A DNA stretch of 64,000 nucleotides from Octopus sinensis (GCF_006345805.1 NC_043010.1:51708001-51772000), one strand, 5' to 3'. Counted from the first letter of the stretch, positions 11,771 through 25,631 are shown. A program made the numbers and translations. The notes: a model not told the origin generated them from the letters alone.

Positions 11771-12193
11771 AGGCGCAGGAGTGGCTGTTTGGTAAGTAGC
11801 TTGCTAACCAACCACATGGTTCCGGGTTCAGTCCCACTGCGTGGCATCTTGGGCAAGTGTCTTCTGCTATAGCCCCGGGCCGACCAATGCCTTGTGAGTG
11901 GATTTGGTAGACGGAAACTGAAAGAAGCCTGTCGTATATATGTATATATATATATGTGTGTGTGAATATGTTTGTGTGTCTGTGTTTGTTCCCCTAGCAT
12001 TGCTTGACAACCGATGCTGGTGTGTTTACGTCCCCGTAACTTAGTGGTTCGGCAAAAGAGACCGATAGAATAAGTACTGGGCTTACAAAGAATAAGTCCC
12101 GGGGTCGATTTGCTCGACTAAAGGCGGTGCTCCAGCGTGGCCAATAGTCAAATGACTGAAAGAAGTAAAAAGAGAGTAAAAAGAGTAAAGAGT
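11771..12193 (+). mobile_element. SINE family A
   Basis: Full-length copy with head, microsatellite and tail. Confidence 0.88.
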
Positions 12194-12345
12194 AAAAAAT
12201 AGTGCAATTGAGTACTTCATGCAATAAACTCATTATTATTATTATTTTTCATCATATGAAAATAACACAATTTTATCAGTGATAATGAGCTTAATTAGCA
12301 ATAATAATCATATAAATGACAATATAAATTAAAAACAAGACTCAC

Positions 12346-12437
12346 AGGATCTGTCTGGCCATATTTAGTTTCAGCAGCTAAATTGATTGCAAAATCAAAT
12401 GGTCCTTCGACATCAGCAAAAGCAGATTCAACAGAAG
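12346..12437 (-). CDS. Same SDR gene, exon (A)SVESAFADVEGPFDFAINLAAETKYGQTDP
   Basis: atcttctgttcag|CTTCTGTT...GATCCT|gtgagt; 92 nt, phase 1 to 0. Contains the extended-SDR INLAA motif. Confidence 0.93.
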
Positions 12438-12610
12438 CTGAACAGAAGATATGGAAGATAAAGATAAAAATTTAAAGAGGAAAAGAGATGTTGAACAAAA
12501 AACAGAATCATTTTTCTACACACACAGACAGACACACAACTATTACTATTTCCCTCTCCCCCTCCATATATATATATATAATATATAATATATATATAAT
12601 ATATATATGC

Positions 12611-12653
<43 letters not shown>

Positions 12654-12679
12654 GGTTTGGAGATGATGTACAGGTATTA

Positions 12680-12983
12680 TATATTAGAAAAAATGAGGTA
12701 ATCTGATCGGATGGTTCATATTTATAGATATTTATTTATATATTACATTTTTTACATATATATCTATCATATCATTCAGATCATATCAATCGGATTATTA
12801 GCGCTTTCTCCCAATCCAGTGGGGTTTTCAAATCAAATTTGATTTGAAAACCCCACTGGATTGGGAGAAAGCGCTAATAATCCGAATGATATGATCTGAA
12901 TGATATGATAGATATATATGTAAAAAATGTAATATATAAATAAATATCTATAAATATGAATCAGCCGATCTGATTACCTCATT

Positions 12984-12995
<12 letters not shown>
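12680..12995. repeat. Spacer-less fold-back palindrome with arms of about 158 bp
   Basis: Centre tcaaa|tttga at 12837/12838; about 4 mismatches by eye; (TA)n flanks. Confidence 0.95.
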
Positions 12996-13035
<40 letters not shown>

Positions 13036-13099
13036 TCATGTATATTTATATATATATACATATATATATATATTATATGAACCTCTGTACTGGCTTTTG

Positions 13100-14125
13100 C
13101 TGAAGAATATGCCTGGAAAACTTGATAGTCAGTTGGAGCAAGGTTTGGTGAACATGGTGGATGACAGAGTACTTCCAAATTCAGTTCCTGTAACTTGAGT
13201 AGCATTCTTTGTCCAACATGTGGTCAAGGATTGTCTTGCAAGAGAATTGGCCTGTCTCTATTAATCAATCTCGGTTGTTTAATTGCAACTTCACTCATCA
13301 TTTCATCTAGCTGATTGATGTATACATCTGCTGTAATTGACTTATCAAGTCTCATGAAGCTGTAGTGGATGACACCAGCACTGGACCAACAAACAGACAC
13401 CATCAGCTTTTTTTGGTGAATATTCTTTTTGGATTGTGTTTTGGCACGTTGTCTCTATCCAACCACTGTGCAGAACACTCGCTATTGTTGAAAAGAATCT
13501 ATTTTTCATCACACGTAACAATACGATGCAAAAATGGTTCACTTTTTTGCCGTGACAACAAAGAACAGTAAGTTTCAAGACATGCCATTTGATGTTCAAT
13601 CAGTTTATGTGGTACCCACTTGTTCAGCTTCTTTACCTTGCCAATTTGTTTCAGATGGGCCACTACAGTTGGAATTGAAACATCAAATCTTGCTGCTAAC
13701 TCACGCATAGTTTGAGATTGTATCTGCTTCCACTACAGTTTCCAGCTTATCATTATCCACCCTGTCCTCTGGTCTAGCACAGGGCTGATTTTCAAGAGTA
13801 AAGTCACCAGACCGGAACTTCTCAAACCAAGTACAGTGCAATCATTCACCTAACCATCTTTGATGTTTCCAGCTGTCTGGGATGCCTTGGTTCCATGACA
13901 GAACTCATTCACAAACAACATGAATTTTTTATCTATCCATGGGTTCACAAAAATTGATTTACAAGAGAAAACTCACAATATAATCAGACACCATTAATTG
14001 CATTTTGAAAAGTGATGATGTATCTCTTCAATGTTGTAAAACAAAGAATTGTTAGGATAAAGCATTAGAGTTAACAACTGTCAAACTTGATGCATAAGAA
14101 AATCAGACATTTCATTCTTAATGAC

Positions 14126-14135
<10 letters not shown>
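13100..14135 (-). mobile_element. Mariner transposase remnant
   Basis: RELAARFDVSIPTV..HLKQIGKVKKLNKWVPHKL, RIVTCDEK, HPPCSPNLAPTDY motifs; TIR-like end followed by (TA)n. Confidence 0.9.
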
Positions 14136-14167
<32 letters not shown>

Positions 14168-14170
<3 letters not shown>

Positions 14171-14436
14171 TCATCATCATCATCATCATTTAGCGTCCGT
14201 TTTCCATGCTAGCATGGGTTGGACGGTTTAACTGGGGTCTGTGAAGCCGGAAGGCTTCATCAGGCCCAGTCAGATTTGGCATTGTTTCTACGGCTGGATG
14301 CCCTTCCTAACGCCAACCACTCCGTGAGTGTAGTGGGTGCTTTTTACGTGCCACCTGCACAGGTGCCAGACAGAGCTGGCAAACGGCCACGAACGGATGG
14401 TGTTTTTACGTGCCACCGGCACGGGGGCCAGGCGAG
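14168..14436 (-). mobile_element. Retroposon family B
   Basis: Same body and tail, inverted. Confidence 0.85.
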
Positions 14437-15045
14437 ATATATATACATACACATACATATATATATGTATATATACATACACATATATATATACATGTAT
14501 ATATATACATATATACATATACATACATATATATATATACCTGCATCACTTAAGGGAATTTAGTTCCTTGACATACATATATATATATATACACACATAT
14601 ATATTTGCGATGGTTTGAGAAGTGGTGTGACAATTCTGTAAATAATGATATTTTATAAGCTTAAAGCTTATAAGCAATTACTGTGTATTGACTCTAGAAA
14701 ATAGTCCAATATTCTAATAGTCTATAAAACACACATACACACAGAGACACATATTAAATATATACTTATACACACAAAGAAAGAAATGACATTGAAAAGA
14801 AAACTTATTTAAAACCAAACAACAACAAAAATATCAGTGACATCTACACAATGACCACCCAAACAGGGGTACAGATGTACTAAACATCCTTCAAATCACT
14901 TGGTACTGACACTAAAGTAATCTGAAGCAAACCTTGAAATATTAGGTTTCATTTAGTACATCATTCTCTCTTTCACATACAAACAGATTCAACCGTATTA
15001 AGGAAAAATAAGTGGAATATTTTTTTATTGATGTTATTATATTTT

Positions 15046-15259
15046 GAGGTGGTGAGCTGGCAGAATCATTACCACGTTGGGCAAAATGCTTAGCAGCTTT
15101 ACATCTGTCTTTATGTTCTGAGTTCAAATTCTACCATGGTCAACTTTGCCTTTGATCCTTTCGGAGTCGATAAATTAAGCACCAGTGAAACACTGGGGTT
15201 AATGTAATCAACTATCCCCCTCCCTCAAAATTTCAGGCCTTGTGTCTACAGTAGAAAGG

Positions 15260-15313
<54 letters not shown>

Positions 15314-15770
15314 TCTATTATTATTCTAAGGTAGTGAGCCGGCAGAATTGTTAGCATGCCAAGCAAAACAGTGCTCAGTACCAGTTCATCTGTCTGAGTT
15401 CAAATTCCACTAAGGTCGACTTTGCCTTTCGTCCTTCTAGGAGTTGATAAAACAAGGACCAGTTGAACACCTGGGGATGATGTAATCGACTCATTACCCT
15501 CTCCTGAAATTGCTGGCCTTGTGCCAAAATGTAAAATCATTATTATTACTATTATTTATGGTGGCAACCTGGCTGAATTATTAGCATGCTGAGCAAAAAT
15601 GCGTAGTGATATTTCATGTCTTAACGTTTAGAGTTCAAATTCCACTGAGGTTTTAACTTTACCGTTCATGCTTTTGGGGGTTGATAAAATAAGTACCAGT
15701 TGAGCACTGGGGTCAAGGTAATCAGCTTGACCCCCTCCCACAACATTTCAAGCCTTGTGCCTGGACCCGT
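15046..15770 (+). mobile_element. Three tandem SINE family C copies
   Basis: Repeated gagttcaaattcc..ctttgcctt..aagtaccag units separated by (ATT)n. Confidence 0.8.
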
Positions 15771-16235
15771 TTGAAAGGGCTACGGTCAGACACTTTCCTC
15801 TTTGGCCAAGGCCTCATCAACTTTTTCAAGTTTCACTTGAAAAGGAAGATGAGAGTAGAGAGGGAAGTGCTGTCTGGTAGCAAGTTTATTGAAAGGTGGG
15901 TGAATGTCACAAGAATGGCCAGTATGAACGAGCCAATTCTGAGGATGCACCTGTGAAAAATTAAAAGGAAATATAAAAGGAGAAAGGGGGCCCTCTACCT
16001 CCCTTTTGACCAGGCTCCCGTGGCTTTTATGGGTTTTTCCACGAGTAACCTTTCGAAGCACCTCCCCCTATTGGGAGTTTTAATTGTTACTTATATTTCG
16101 TTGTTATCCTGCTTTTGTACACGGACCTTTTTTCAAACAGACAAAACCCTTTGTAACTTTCGTCCTGTGTTTTGTCCCTTTATGTTTTAATTGATTTTTG
16201 TTAGCCTTTGTGGCCAATAAACGAATTAATTATTA
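15770..16235 (+). mobile_element. Unclassified non-LTR retrotransposon 3' end
   Basis: Short coding remnant (FFKFHLKRKMRVEREVLS..FIERW), 3'UTR, aataaa and long (ATT)n tail. Confidence 0.5.
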
Positions 16236-16959
16236 TCATTATTATTATTATTGTTATTATTATTATTATTATTACTTGTATTATTATTATTATTATTATT
16301 ATTATTAGGATTATTATTGTTTTTGCTGTTAATCCCTTGAACTTTTCAACAGAATTAAAAATATAAGCAACACAACCATTGTTGTCTGGAATTTTAAAGA
16401 AGAGAATCAAATCTAATTCAGAGAGAAGTCAGCATTTTTGTTGAATAGTATTTGGTATAAATAGAAGAAGTAAAGTAGGCACGCACCAACACATACACAC
16501 AAACATACATACACATACACAAGAAAAATACATATATACACACATATAAGGGCACTTATACACATTAGAGGGTATTTCCGTAGACAATCTGCCAACAACA
16601 GATAAAACACACACACACACTCTTTCACATGCCAATAATAAGGCAAGTAGAAGAGGCAGTTTGTATGTGGTCACTCAATATGTTAAAAATAGCAGTGATT
16701 GCACTAGATTTCATAAAAAAAGTGGGGGAGGCTTTGGACAATGTAATCTTAGGTACACTGTACCTGGAGAGAAAAAAAGCAACAAAAACTAAATATGGGA
16801 TGGTCATGAATGGAAAGTCTTTGATTCAATTGTATTGGGTTGTCTGGAAACTTCGTGCCGATTTATAGTAGCTTACCTTTCGACTTATTTTAGAACATGC
16901 TTGAATCCATGAAATAGGATTTGACTACACCTCCATTTAGAGCACAGCTTAAGCTATCG

Positions 16960-17403
16960 TTTCGTGGAAGAAGGTTTATGTTCCTATAACCTGTGTTAAT
17001 TCTGTAACCCTTTAAAATGGAAGATAAGAAAGTTCATTTTTGGCACTTGATGCTTTAGGAACCAGACAAAAATTGCTGCAGCTCAGCTGGGATGTGTTAC
17101 CCCACCCTCCATATTCACCAGATATTGCTCCTTCAGATTTCTACTTATTCAGATCTCTGCAGAATAGTCTCAATGGTAAAAATTTCAGTTCCTTGGATGA
17201 CGTAAAAAGATACCTTGATGAATTCTTTGCCATGAAACCACCTCAATTCTGGGAAGAGGGTATTTTCAAGTTAAAGGAAAGATGGATACGCATTGTGCAA
17301 CAAAATGGTTCATATTCGGTTGATTAAAAATGTAATGGCAAGTATTTATTGACCTTTTTCTTTCCTTTAAAAATCGACATGAACTTTCTGGACAACCTAA
17401 TAG
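16960..17403 (+). mobile_element. Mariner transposase C-terminal fragment with right TIR
   Basis: HPPYSPDIAPSDFYLFRSLQNSLNGKNF..GIFKLKERW; ends ctttctggacaacctaata. Confidence 0.92.
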
Positions 17404-17453
17404 TTCTGCTTGATGAAGGATGATTTAAACAATTATACTACACAAAACACAAA

Positions 17454-17995
17454 GGATATGCAGTAAGAAGTGTACTTTCAAACCACATGATTTTGGGTTC
17501 AATCCAACTGTGTGGCACCTTGCACAAATGTCTTCTGCTATCACCCCAGGCTGACCAAAGCCTTTTGAGTGAATTTGGTGGATGGAAACTGAAAGAAGCC
17601 CATCATATATATACGTGTTGTGTAGTAAGGAGTTTGTTTCCCAACTACATAGTTTCAGGTTCAGTCCCACTGTGCAGTACCTTGGGCAAGTGTCTTCTAC
17701 TATAGCCCTAGGCTGACTATAGTCTTGTGTGTGGATATGGTGGATGGAAACTGAAAGAAGCCTGTCATATATATGTGTGTGTGTGTATGTTGTGTTTGTC
17801 CTGCACCACCGCTTGACAACTGGTGTTGGTACATTTACATTCTTTGTCACTTAACAGTTTGGCAAAAGAGACTGATAGAATAAGTACCAGACATAAAAAA
17901 AAAGTAGTTGGGTTGATTCCTTCGACTAAAAATTCTTCAAGGTGATGCCCCAGTATGGCTGTAGTCTAATGACTGAAACAAATAAAAGATAAGAG
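17454..17995 (+). mobile_element. SINE family A with duplicated head
   Basis: Two tandem heads, then one tail. Confidence 0.8.
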
Positions 17996-18316
17996 ATGTG
18001 TGTGTGTGTGTTACTGTCTCTTTTCCTTGACTTTATGCGGTAGTTGTAAATGAACATCTCTGTCATGTAAAACAGTGTCCTTTATTTCCAATCTTCCATG
18101 AAAACATGTCTGGTCACAGGGAAATAATACCTTGCTTGGCAACAACTTAGGGCTGGTGACAGGAAGGGCATCCAGGCTGCAGAAAATCTGCCTTGACAAA
18201 ACTCTGTCTAACCCACGTAAGTATGACAAAGTGGATGTTAAAATGATGATAATGGTGATGGAATAAAGATGCATGTAATATAAAACAAATCGATGGAAGA
18301 ATCGCAGAGAACTTAC

Positions 18317-18371
18317 CAATGTTAATTAAATTGGAATGCTTGAATTCCACAAGTGGATTGGCAAAGGCCTC
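18317..18371 (-). CDS. Same SDR gene, exon EAFANPLVEFKHSNLINI(A)
   Basis: tttttag|GAGGCCTTT...AACATTG|gtaagt; 55 nt, phase 0 to 1; joins in frame to both neighbours. Confidence 0.9.
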
Positions 18372-18614
18372 CTAAAAAAAACAACATCAACAAAATAAAG
18401 AAAGTAACAGATGAAAGGGTAAAACATTTAAAAAAAGTGGGGAGGAGTAGTACAAACTGAGTCCCAAAACCAACTGGGGTTAAGGTGCAAAGGAGGACCC
18501 TTCTTACATGAAGGTTTTCTTCAAACGAATATTTAGAACATATATATTTTGATATTGAAATATTCACAAAATATAGTGATCCCCATTGCTGTTTACTTAA
18601 ATGTGTTGCACCCT

Positions 18615-18659
<45 letters not shown>

Positions 18660-18801
18660 TGGGGTCAATGTAATCAGCTTGACCCCCTCCCACAACATTT
18701 CAAGCCTTGTCCCTATTATTATTATTAGGATTATTATTGTTGTTGTTGTTAATCCCTTGAACTTTTCAATGGAATTAAAAATATAAGCAACACAGCCATT
18801 G

Positions 18802-18863
<62 letters not shown>

Positions 18864-18881
18864 TGTGTGTGTGTATGTGCA

Positions 18882-18921
<40 letters not shown>

Positions 18922-19104
18922 GAGAGTAGAGAGTCTTTCCTCAGGCTTTCGACTTCTGATGGGGTCACAGGATATGCTATGATATAGGATATGTCTTGGT
19001 ATTTCAAACTCACCAGAGCCCATCCTCCTCCAGGCTGGAACATAGCCAAATGACTTCACGTTCTTGTTAGCAATTGCTTAACTGATCACTGTAAAACTTA
19101 ATTT

Positions 19105-19775
19105 AACCTTTTGATAACAACCAGCCTGAGACCGCCCCCAAGTTCTATGATACATACATGCTGTTTAAAGTGAGCTAAATTTAAACCTTCCTTCAAAATT
19201 TCATGTTAAATTTTTTCCAGACACCAATTTAATAATGACAAAGTTATTTTACTAAATACCTCGTTAAATTAATTGAAACAAAGTTGTATATTTCAACAGA
19301 AATAGGGTAACAAAATAGCTAAATCCACTGTTTATGAGGCAGTTTATTAAATCAGGTACACCAACCCAGAAATTTATAAAAATATGACTGCATGTTTCAG
19401 TTTTGGTTTTCGTTTCCATAAGTAGAAACAAATTGTAAAGTGGTTAGTGCTATGAAACACCAATCACTTTACAGAGTGTACTGGGTGTGTCTCTTTATGG
19501 TGCCAGCATTAGAGACGTAGCCATATCCTTGACAAGTCAAAAGGATCTTTCTTTCATTACCAACCTGGCTGAAACTGGCTCTGGTTTTGTAGTACAAATG
19601 TCTTGTTTTCATAAGTTTTCATAAATTAAAATCTTCCACCAAACCTTAGTCTCAATTTATGTTCCTAACACTAGCTGAATGATAACTAAGTTATTTTACT
19701 AAATTCTTTGTTATATTTAAAATAATTGAAAGAAACATAAAGCATCTCAAAATAAATACGGTAACGAAAGGGTTA
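19105..19775. mobile_element. Two further copies of the same piggyBac-type MITE
   Basis: Shared core aagttattttactaaattctttgttatattt..gtaacgaaagggttaa. Confidence 0.7.
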
Positions 19776-20164
19776 ACTCCATGTCTCTGCTACTTAGTGG
19801 ATGAATGTGGCTTAATGGTTAGAGTGTTGGACTCATTATCGTAAGATTGTGGTTTCAATTCCTGGACCGGGTAATGCATTGTGTTCTTGAGCAAAACTCT
19901 TCATTTTATGCTGCTCCAATCTACTCAGCTGCAACAGACTGGCATCCCACCAAGGTGGGGAATTTAAACGCCAAGGAAACATGGAAACTGGCCCTTGTCA
20001 GTTGGCATGACTTTACTTTCTATCTCTGCTACTTGCCAATCACTTTGCAGCATGTTCCAGATGGATCTGTAATTTCACCAACAATAGTGGAGTTATCATG
20101 TACCCTGAAGGTTTGAAAGAGACAGACAGTCCCTACCACATTGTACAGTGTTTGTTCAGTTAGA

Positions 20165-20330
20165 GCAATGGTTCTCAACCAAGGTCCATATAAGCATTTT
20201 TAGGGTCTACGCAAGTAAAATAATAAATCGAGGACCCACAGTAGTATATTAAGGGTCTATGAAAAAAATTTGCATTTGATGGATTTATTGTAAGAAACAG
20301 CTAGGTTTCTTTCTCCTAACATTTCACACT
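20165..20330 (+). mobile_element. hAT/Charlie-like terminal fragment
   Basis: Begins caatggttctcaacc, close to the Charlie-type TIR CAGTGGTTCTCAAC; other end not seen. Confidence 0.4.
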
Positions 20331-20339
20331 AATAATAAT

Positions 20340-20738
20340 CTTTTCTACTCTAAGCGCAAGGCCCGAAATTTTTGGGGAGGGGCCAGTCGATTAGATCGAC
20401 ACCAGTATCCAATTGGTACTTAATTTATCAACCCCAAAAGGATGAAAGGCAAAGTCAACCTCGGTAGAATTTGAATTGAGAATGTAAAGACAGACAAAAT
20501 ACCTATTTCTTTATTGCCCACAAGGAGCTAAACATAGAGGGGACAAACAAGGACAGACAAACGGATTAAGTCGATTATATCGACCCCAGTGTGTAACTGG
20601 TACTTATTTAATCGACCCCGAAAGGATGAAAGGCAAAGTCGACCTCAGCGGAATTTGAACTCAGAACGTAGCGGCAGACAAAATACCGCTAGGTATTTCG
20701 CCCGGCATGCCAACGTCTCTGCCAGCTCACCGCCTTTT
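20340..20738 (-). mobile_element. SINE family C, dimeric
   Basis: Two core domains in tandem. Confidence 0.8.
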
Positions 20739-21324
20739 AACACTAATAATAATATTTGCCCCTCATAGTCAATAATGACCAAAGACGTCACATGGCAGAA
20801 GAAGACAAGTCACAGTGAGTCTGGCTGTGATCAATCAGGCCAATGCATGCTCAGAAGGCTCTGCAGCAGGTCAGGCACCAGAAGTCTGCTGGGAATTAAG
20901 GCAAGAGGTTTTTTTTTTGTGCTCCTACAATCCGGTTCTGTTCATAGAAGGTGGTGGCACCTCTGTTGGTGCAGCCATGCCAGGCAGGACAGTCCTGTGC
21001 TTGCATTTCTCAGGTGTCAGGATTGATCTGAGAGCACTTCAATGAGGCTTTGTCTATATCATTGAAGCGTTTTTCTTTTTTTCTGTTCACCTTGTGTGCA
21101 TTTTTTTTTTATCAGTTTGCTGTAAAACAGTCTTTTGGGGAGTCATGGGTCAGGCATTCGAACAAGGTGACCTGCCAACTGTATACCTATACAAAATACT
21201 TTCTTGAGATGAATACCACAGTTTTCAGATTTTCAACAGTATGATATACAGAATGCTAATATGAACTGATACTGCTTCCATTGCTGATAACAAATATATC
21301 TGTAAATGTATGTATGTATATATA

Positions 21325-21387
<63 letters not shown>

Positions 21388-21438
21388 CACACATATATAT
21401 ACACATATACATACATATATACATATACATATATGTAT

Positions 21439-21483
<45 letters not shown>

Positions 21484-21804
21484 CACGTGATCACGTGACC
21501 GACCAGACCATCAGATGTTGCTACACATCGCTGGTCACAATGCGTTCGCATTGTTTTAGCCTTTGAATGACGCCACCCACTGGCTAAGCGAGCAGGCCAA
21601 TATATATATATATACACACACATATATATATACATCTATACATACATATATATATACAGACAAACATATATACATATATATATTTACAGATATACTTACA
21701 AATATATATATATATACACACATACATATATGCATACATACACATAGACATATATACACATGTGCACATATACATATGTATATATACATATATATACATG
21801 CACA

Positions 21805-21841
<37 letters not shown>

Positions 21842-22543
21842 ATGGAGAGAGAGTGTGCTTTGTTGCAGCAGTCTGAAGAATGTATGAGTCTGAAGTGGAT
21901 GAGTGCATAAGTGCAAATGACCGACAACCAACAAATGCAACAGTAATGTGCAGCATCTAATGAATGTGTTAGGTAATTATCCTCAGAGAAGTTGCTTGTT
22001 GAGAACTGTTAGAAGTGGGAATAGGAGAGGGTTAGACGCTGAAGTGGAGAAAGAAAGAAAGAATAGAGGGGAAAGGAAAAGAAAGAAGCAAGCAATAAAG
22101 AAAAGAAAACTACAAAAGAAAGTAGGGTGGATAAAAGGAAGGCAGAATGCAAATGCTGAACTCTTCTGTTGTAAATGCCAGGTGAGAGGTCAGCAAATTC
22201 CTGCTTAGCAACCTGTTCAAATGATTTGTTTGTAGTGATCAAATGGTTATGTTGTACATTAGCTCACTCCCTCCATCGAATAGATGTTACCTGTACAGGT
22301 GTATGGTGTGCCACATATCAGGTGGCAAAGTGATTGCAGAGCAACATGAAATGAAGTGCTTTTTGCTCATGAACTCTATGCACCACCTGTGAAACCACAA
22401 CCTTGTAATTGCAAATGCAACACTCTAACCACTAGGCTACATGCCTTTACTGTGTGTGTATACATACATACATACATATATATATATATAAATCCTTAAA
22501 AATGTTTTAGTCCGAAGGCCACGGCCATGCTGGGGCACCACCG

Positions 22544-22605
<62 letters not shown>

Positions 22606-23156
22606 AAATCCATTCTGTCTGTGTGTGTGTTTTGTCACATCCTGTGTCATGCTGAATCTCTCTGAGAACTACATTAAGGGTATACATGTCTGTGGAATGC
22701 TCAGCCACTTGCACATTAATTTCATGAGCATGGAATCTTCATTGTTGTAACCAATGGAGTGCCAGAGCCACTATTACCTGTACAGGTGTACCGTGTACCA
22801 CATGTCAGATGTCAAAGTGATCGCAGAGCAATTTGAAAATGAAGCACTTTTGCTCAAGAACATAATGCTCCACCCATTATGCTGTACTCTATGGTGCTTT
22901 CTTTCAAAGCCCAGATATACTCAGCTAGAGTTGTGGCATTACATCTCTCTGGGATGTTGAATGAGGACTTGTGGTTATTAAAGAGTTGAAATCAGCTCTT
23001 ACAATCATAAGTGTAACACTCTAACCACAAGGCTGTGCACCTTCACAAAATGCAAGTAATAAAGGGAATAAAAAAGAAAAAGAGAAAGAAGAAATAAAAA
23101 TTAAAAGGCAGAAGGAAGATTATTGCAAAATGTGAAAGAGAAAATGGCCAACTTAC

Positions 23157-23213
23157 CTTATGTTTGCTGTTGAGCCAAGCCATTTGAGGGGGCACTTTGT
23201 CAGCCACCCGTAC
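23157..23213 (-). CDS. Same SDR gene, exon VRVADKVPPQMAWLNSKHK
   Basis: tctcttttctctag|GTACGGGTG...AAACATAAG|gtaagt; 57 nt, phase 0 to 0. Acidic residue after beta-2 (ADK); matches the recalled CG5854 motif DKTPPQMAWLN. Confidence 0.93.
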
Positions 23214-23935
23214 CTAGAGAAAAGAGAAGAAAACCTGGGTTAGAATGTTTTTTCTTAACAAGTAAATTTGCTAATTAGAAAATGTCTATAAGTGATGAAA
23301 GCAGTAATTATACGGAGAAGTAACATTTATCCCCACTTAAACATGGTTGTTCTGTAGGAACCAATGTTGCTGTTATTTTCAACCCCAAGAGAACCCTTCC
23401 TCCAGCTGGTTATTCAATGCAATCTGCACTTGATATATATTGCAAGCAGGGGAGTAAACTCCTACTACCTTCCAGCCATGAGACCACCAGACTATACAGT
23501 TTCAACCACTTTGTGGTCATCCACGTTTTTTGGGGGCTTTTCCTTTTTTGTTATTAGAAGGTCCCAAACAAGGTGGGAAGTCACTTAGTGTAAAGGACTA
23601 TGAAGAAGGAGAAATTAAGATGAAAGGAATGAATTTACTTTAAATATGAAAGAGTACAAGTCATAAAGATGAGGAAAACAAGAAGCTGGAAGCAAGTTCC
23701 AAAGTCTAGCAATTTGAGCACCATCAAACTGTAGTTCGTCGATATAGGTTGGCGGTGGGGATAAAAGAAGCTTTGATTGATTACTTAATTGAAATTCTCT
23801 TTGATATCACAAAATCTAAAGAAGCTAGAATGTCCAAATAATAATAATAATAATAATAAACCTTTCTACTATAGGTCCAATGGCTGAAATTTTGAAGGAG
23901 GTGGTCCATCGATTAGTGGTTCATTAATTGGTACT

Positions 23936-24305
23936 TAAGGCGGCGAGCTGGCAGAAACGTTAGCACGCCGGGCGAAATGCTTAGCGGTATTTCGTCTGTG
24001 TTACGTTGTGAGTTCAAATTCCGCCGAGGTCGACTTTGCCTTTCATCCTTTCGGGTTCGATAAATTAAGTACCAGTTACGCACTGGGGTCGATGTAATCA
24101 ACTTAATACTTATGTCTGTCCTTGTTTGTCCCCTCTGTGTTTAGCCCCTTGTGGGTAATAAAGAAATAGGTACCTATTTTACTGACCCCAAAACAATGAA
24201 AGCAAAGTTAACCTTTGTGGTATTTGAACTCAGAACGTAAAGCTGGAAGAAATGCCACTAAGCATTTTATCTGGCATGCTAACGATTCTGCCAGATCACT
24301 GCCTT
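23936..24305 (+). mobile_element. SINE family C (young plus-strand copy inside an inverted older copy)
   Basis: CpG-intact copy at 23936-24168, flanked by minus-strand pieces. Confidence 0.8.
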
Positions 24306-24498
24306 TAATAATAGAATAAGCCTGTCTATTAAAGGTGTTGATTGTATTATCTTGTTTCCAACCACTGGACGACAGACCAGTACTGGGCTATAGATTATTG
24401 GATTCCTAGCTACACAGAAAGAATAGATTTAAAAATCGTATTTCTATTTTATTGATTGTTGCAGTCTGTTGGGTGTTTTTGCATTATAATATTTATAT

Positions 24499-24661
24499 AG
24501 GCATAGGAGTGACTGTGTGGTAAGTAGCTTGCTTACGAACCACGTAGTTCCGGGTTCGATCCCACTGTGTAGCACCTTGGGCAAGTGTCTTCTACTATAT
24601 CCTCGGGCCGATCAAAGCCTTGTGAGTGGATTTGGTAGACAGAAACTGAAAGAAACCCATC

Positions 24662-24701
<40 letters not shown>

Positions 24702-24897
24702 TTGTGTGTCTGTGTTTGTCCCTCCCAACATCACTTGACAACCGATGCTGGTGTGTTTAGCAGTTTGGCAAAAGAGACCAATAGAATAAGTACTAGGTTT
24801 GCAAAGAATAAGCCCTGGGGTCGATTTGTTCAACTAAAGGTGATGCTCCAGCATGGCCACAGTCAAATGACTGAAACAAGTAAAAGAGTAAAAGAGA
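24499..24897 (+). mobile_element. SINE family A
   Basis: Full-length copy. Confidence 0.88.
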
Positions 24898-24964
24898 ATA
24901 GTGTATATATAATAATTAAATTATATATTATTCACTTTATTGTGCTTTCTTTACAAAACTCTAC

Positions 24965-25365
24965 TTGTGAAGACCTGTTGAGGCAAGTGAAAATTGAAAT
25001 CGATCAACATCAATGGAAATTGCAGCTGTGATACCAGTGCCGGTGGTACGTAAGAGAACCATCTGAATGTGCCCGTTGCCAGCACCGCCCCGACTGGCCT
25101 CGTGCCGGTGGCATGTAAAAAGCACCATCCGATCGTGGCCATTTGCCAGCCTCGTCTGGCACCTGTGCCAGTGGCACGTAAAAAGCACCCACAACACTCA
25201 CGGAGTGGTTGGCGTTAGGAAGGGCATCCAGCTGTAGAAACATTGCCAGATCAGACTGGGCCTGGTGCAGCCTTCTGGCTTCCCAGACCCCAGTTGAACC
25301 GTCCAACCCATGCTAGCATGGAAAGCGGATGCTAAACGGAGATGATGATGATGATGATGATGATA
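24965..25365 (+). mobile_element. Retroposon family B
   Basis: Same body and tail. Confidence 0.85.
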
Positions 25366-25631
25366 AGCGAGTTTGTGGAAAAACTGTCTTGCATGAAACA
25401 AGTCCTTGGTGCAAAAAGGCAGAGGACTGTACAGCAGCAGTCCCCTGCCTTTTAGGGGACTGCACTGTTGCTGTTGTTTATATCCATGATGTTGTTGCTG
25501 TTCCAGTTGTGATTGTTTATTGATGATTGCATTGTTATTTAACCCCAGGTCAATTTGATCGAAGGCATTTCTGCTTTGACCATTTCTTATTTCATATTCA
25601 GACATTGTAACATTTTCTAGCAGATACAAAA

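Noticed and set aside
11771-11860. tRNA-like sequence at SINE heads
   Set aside because: A- and B-box-like motifs only; no complete cloverleaf. These are tRNA-derived SINE heads, not tRNA genes.
13098-13132. CTGAAGA..GAAA..GTC
   Set aside because: No stem II; lies inside mariner coding sequence, so a chance match.
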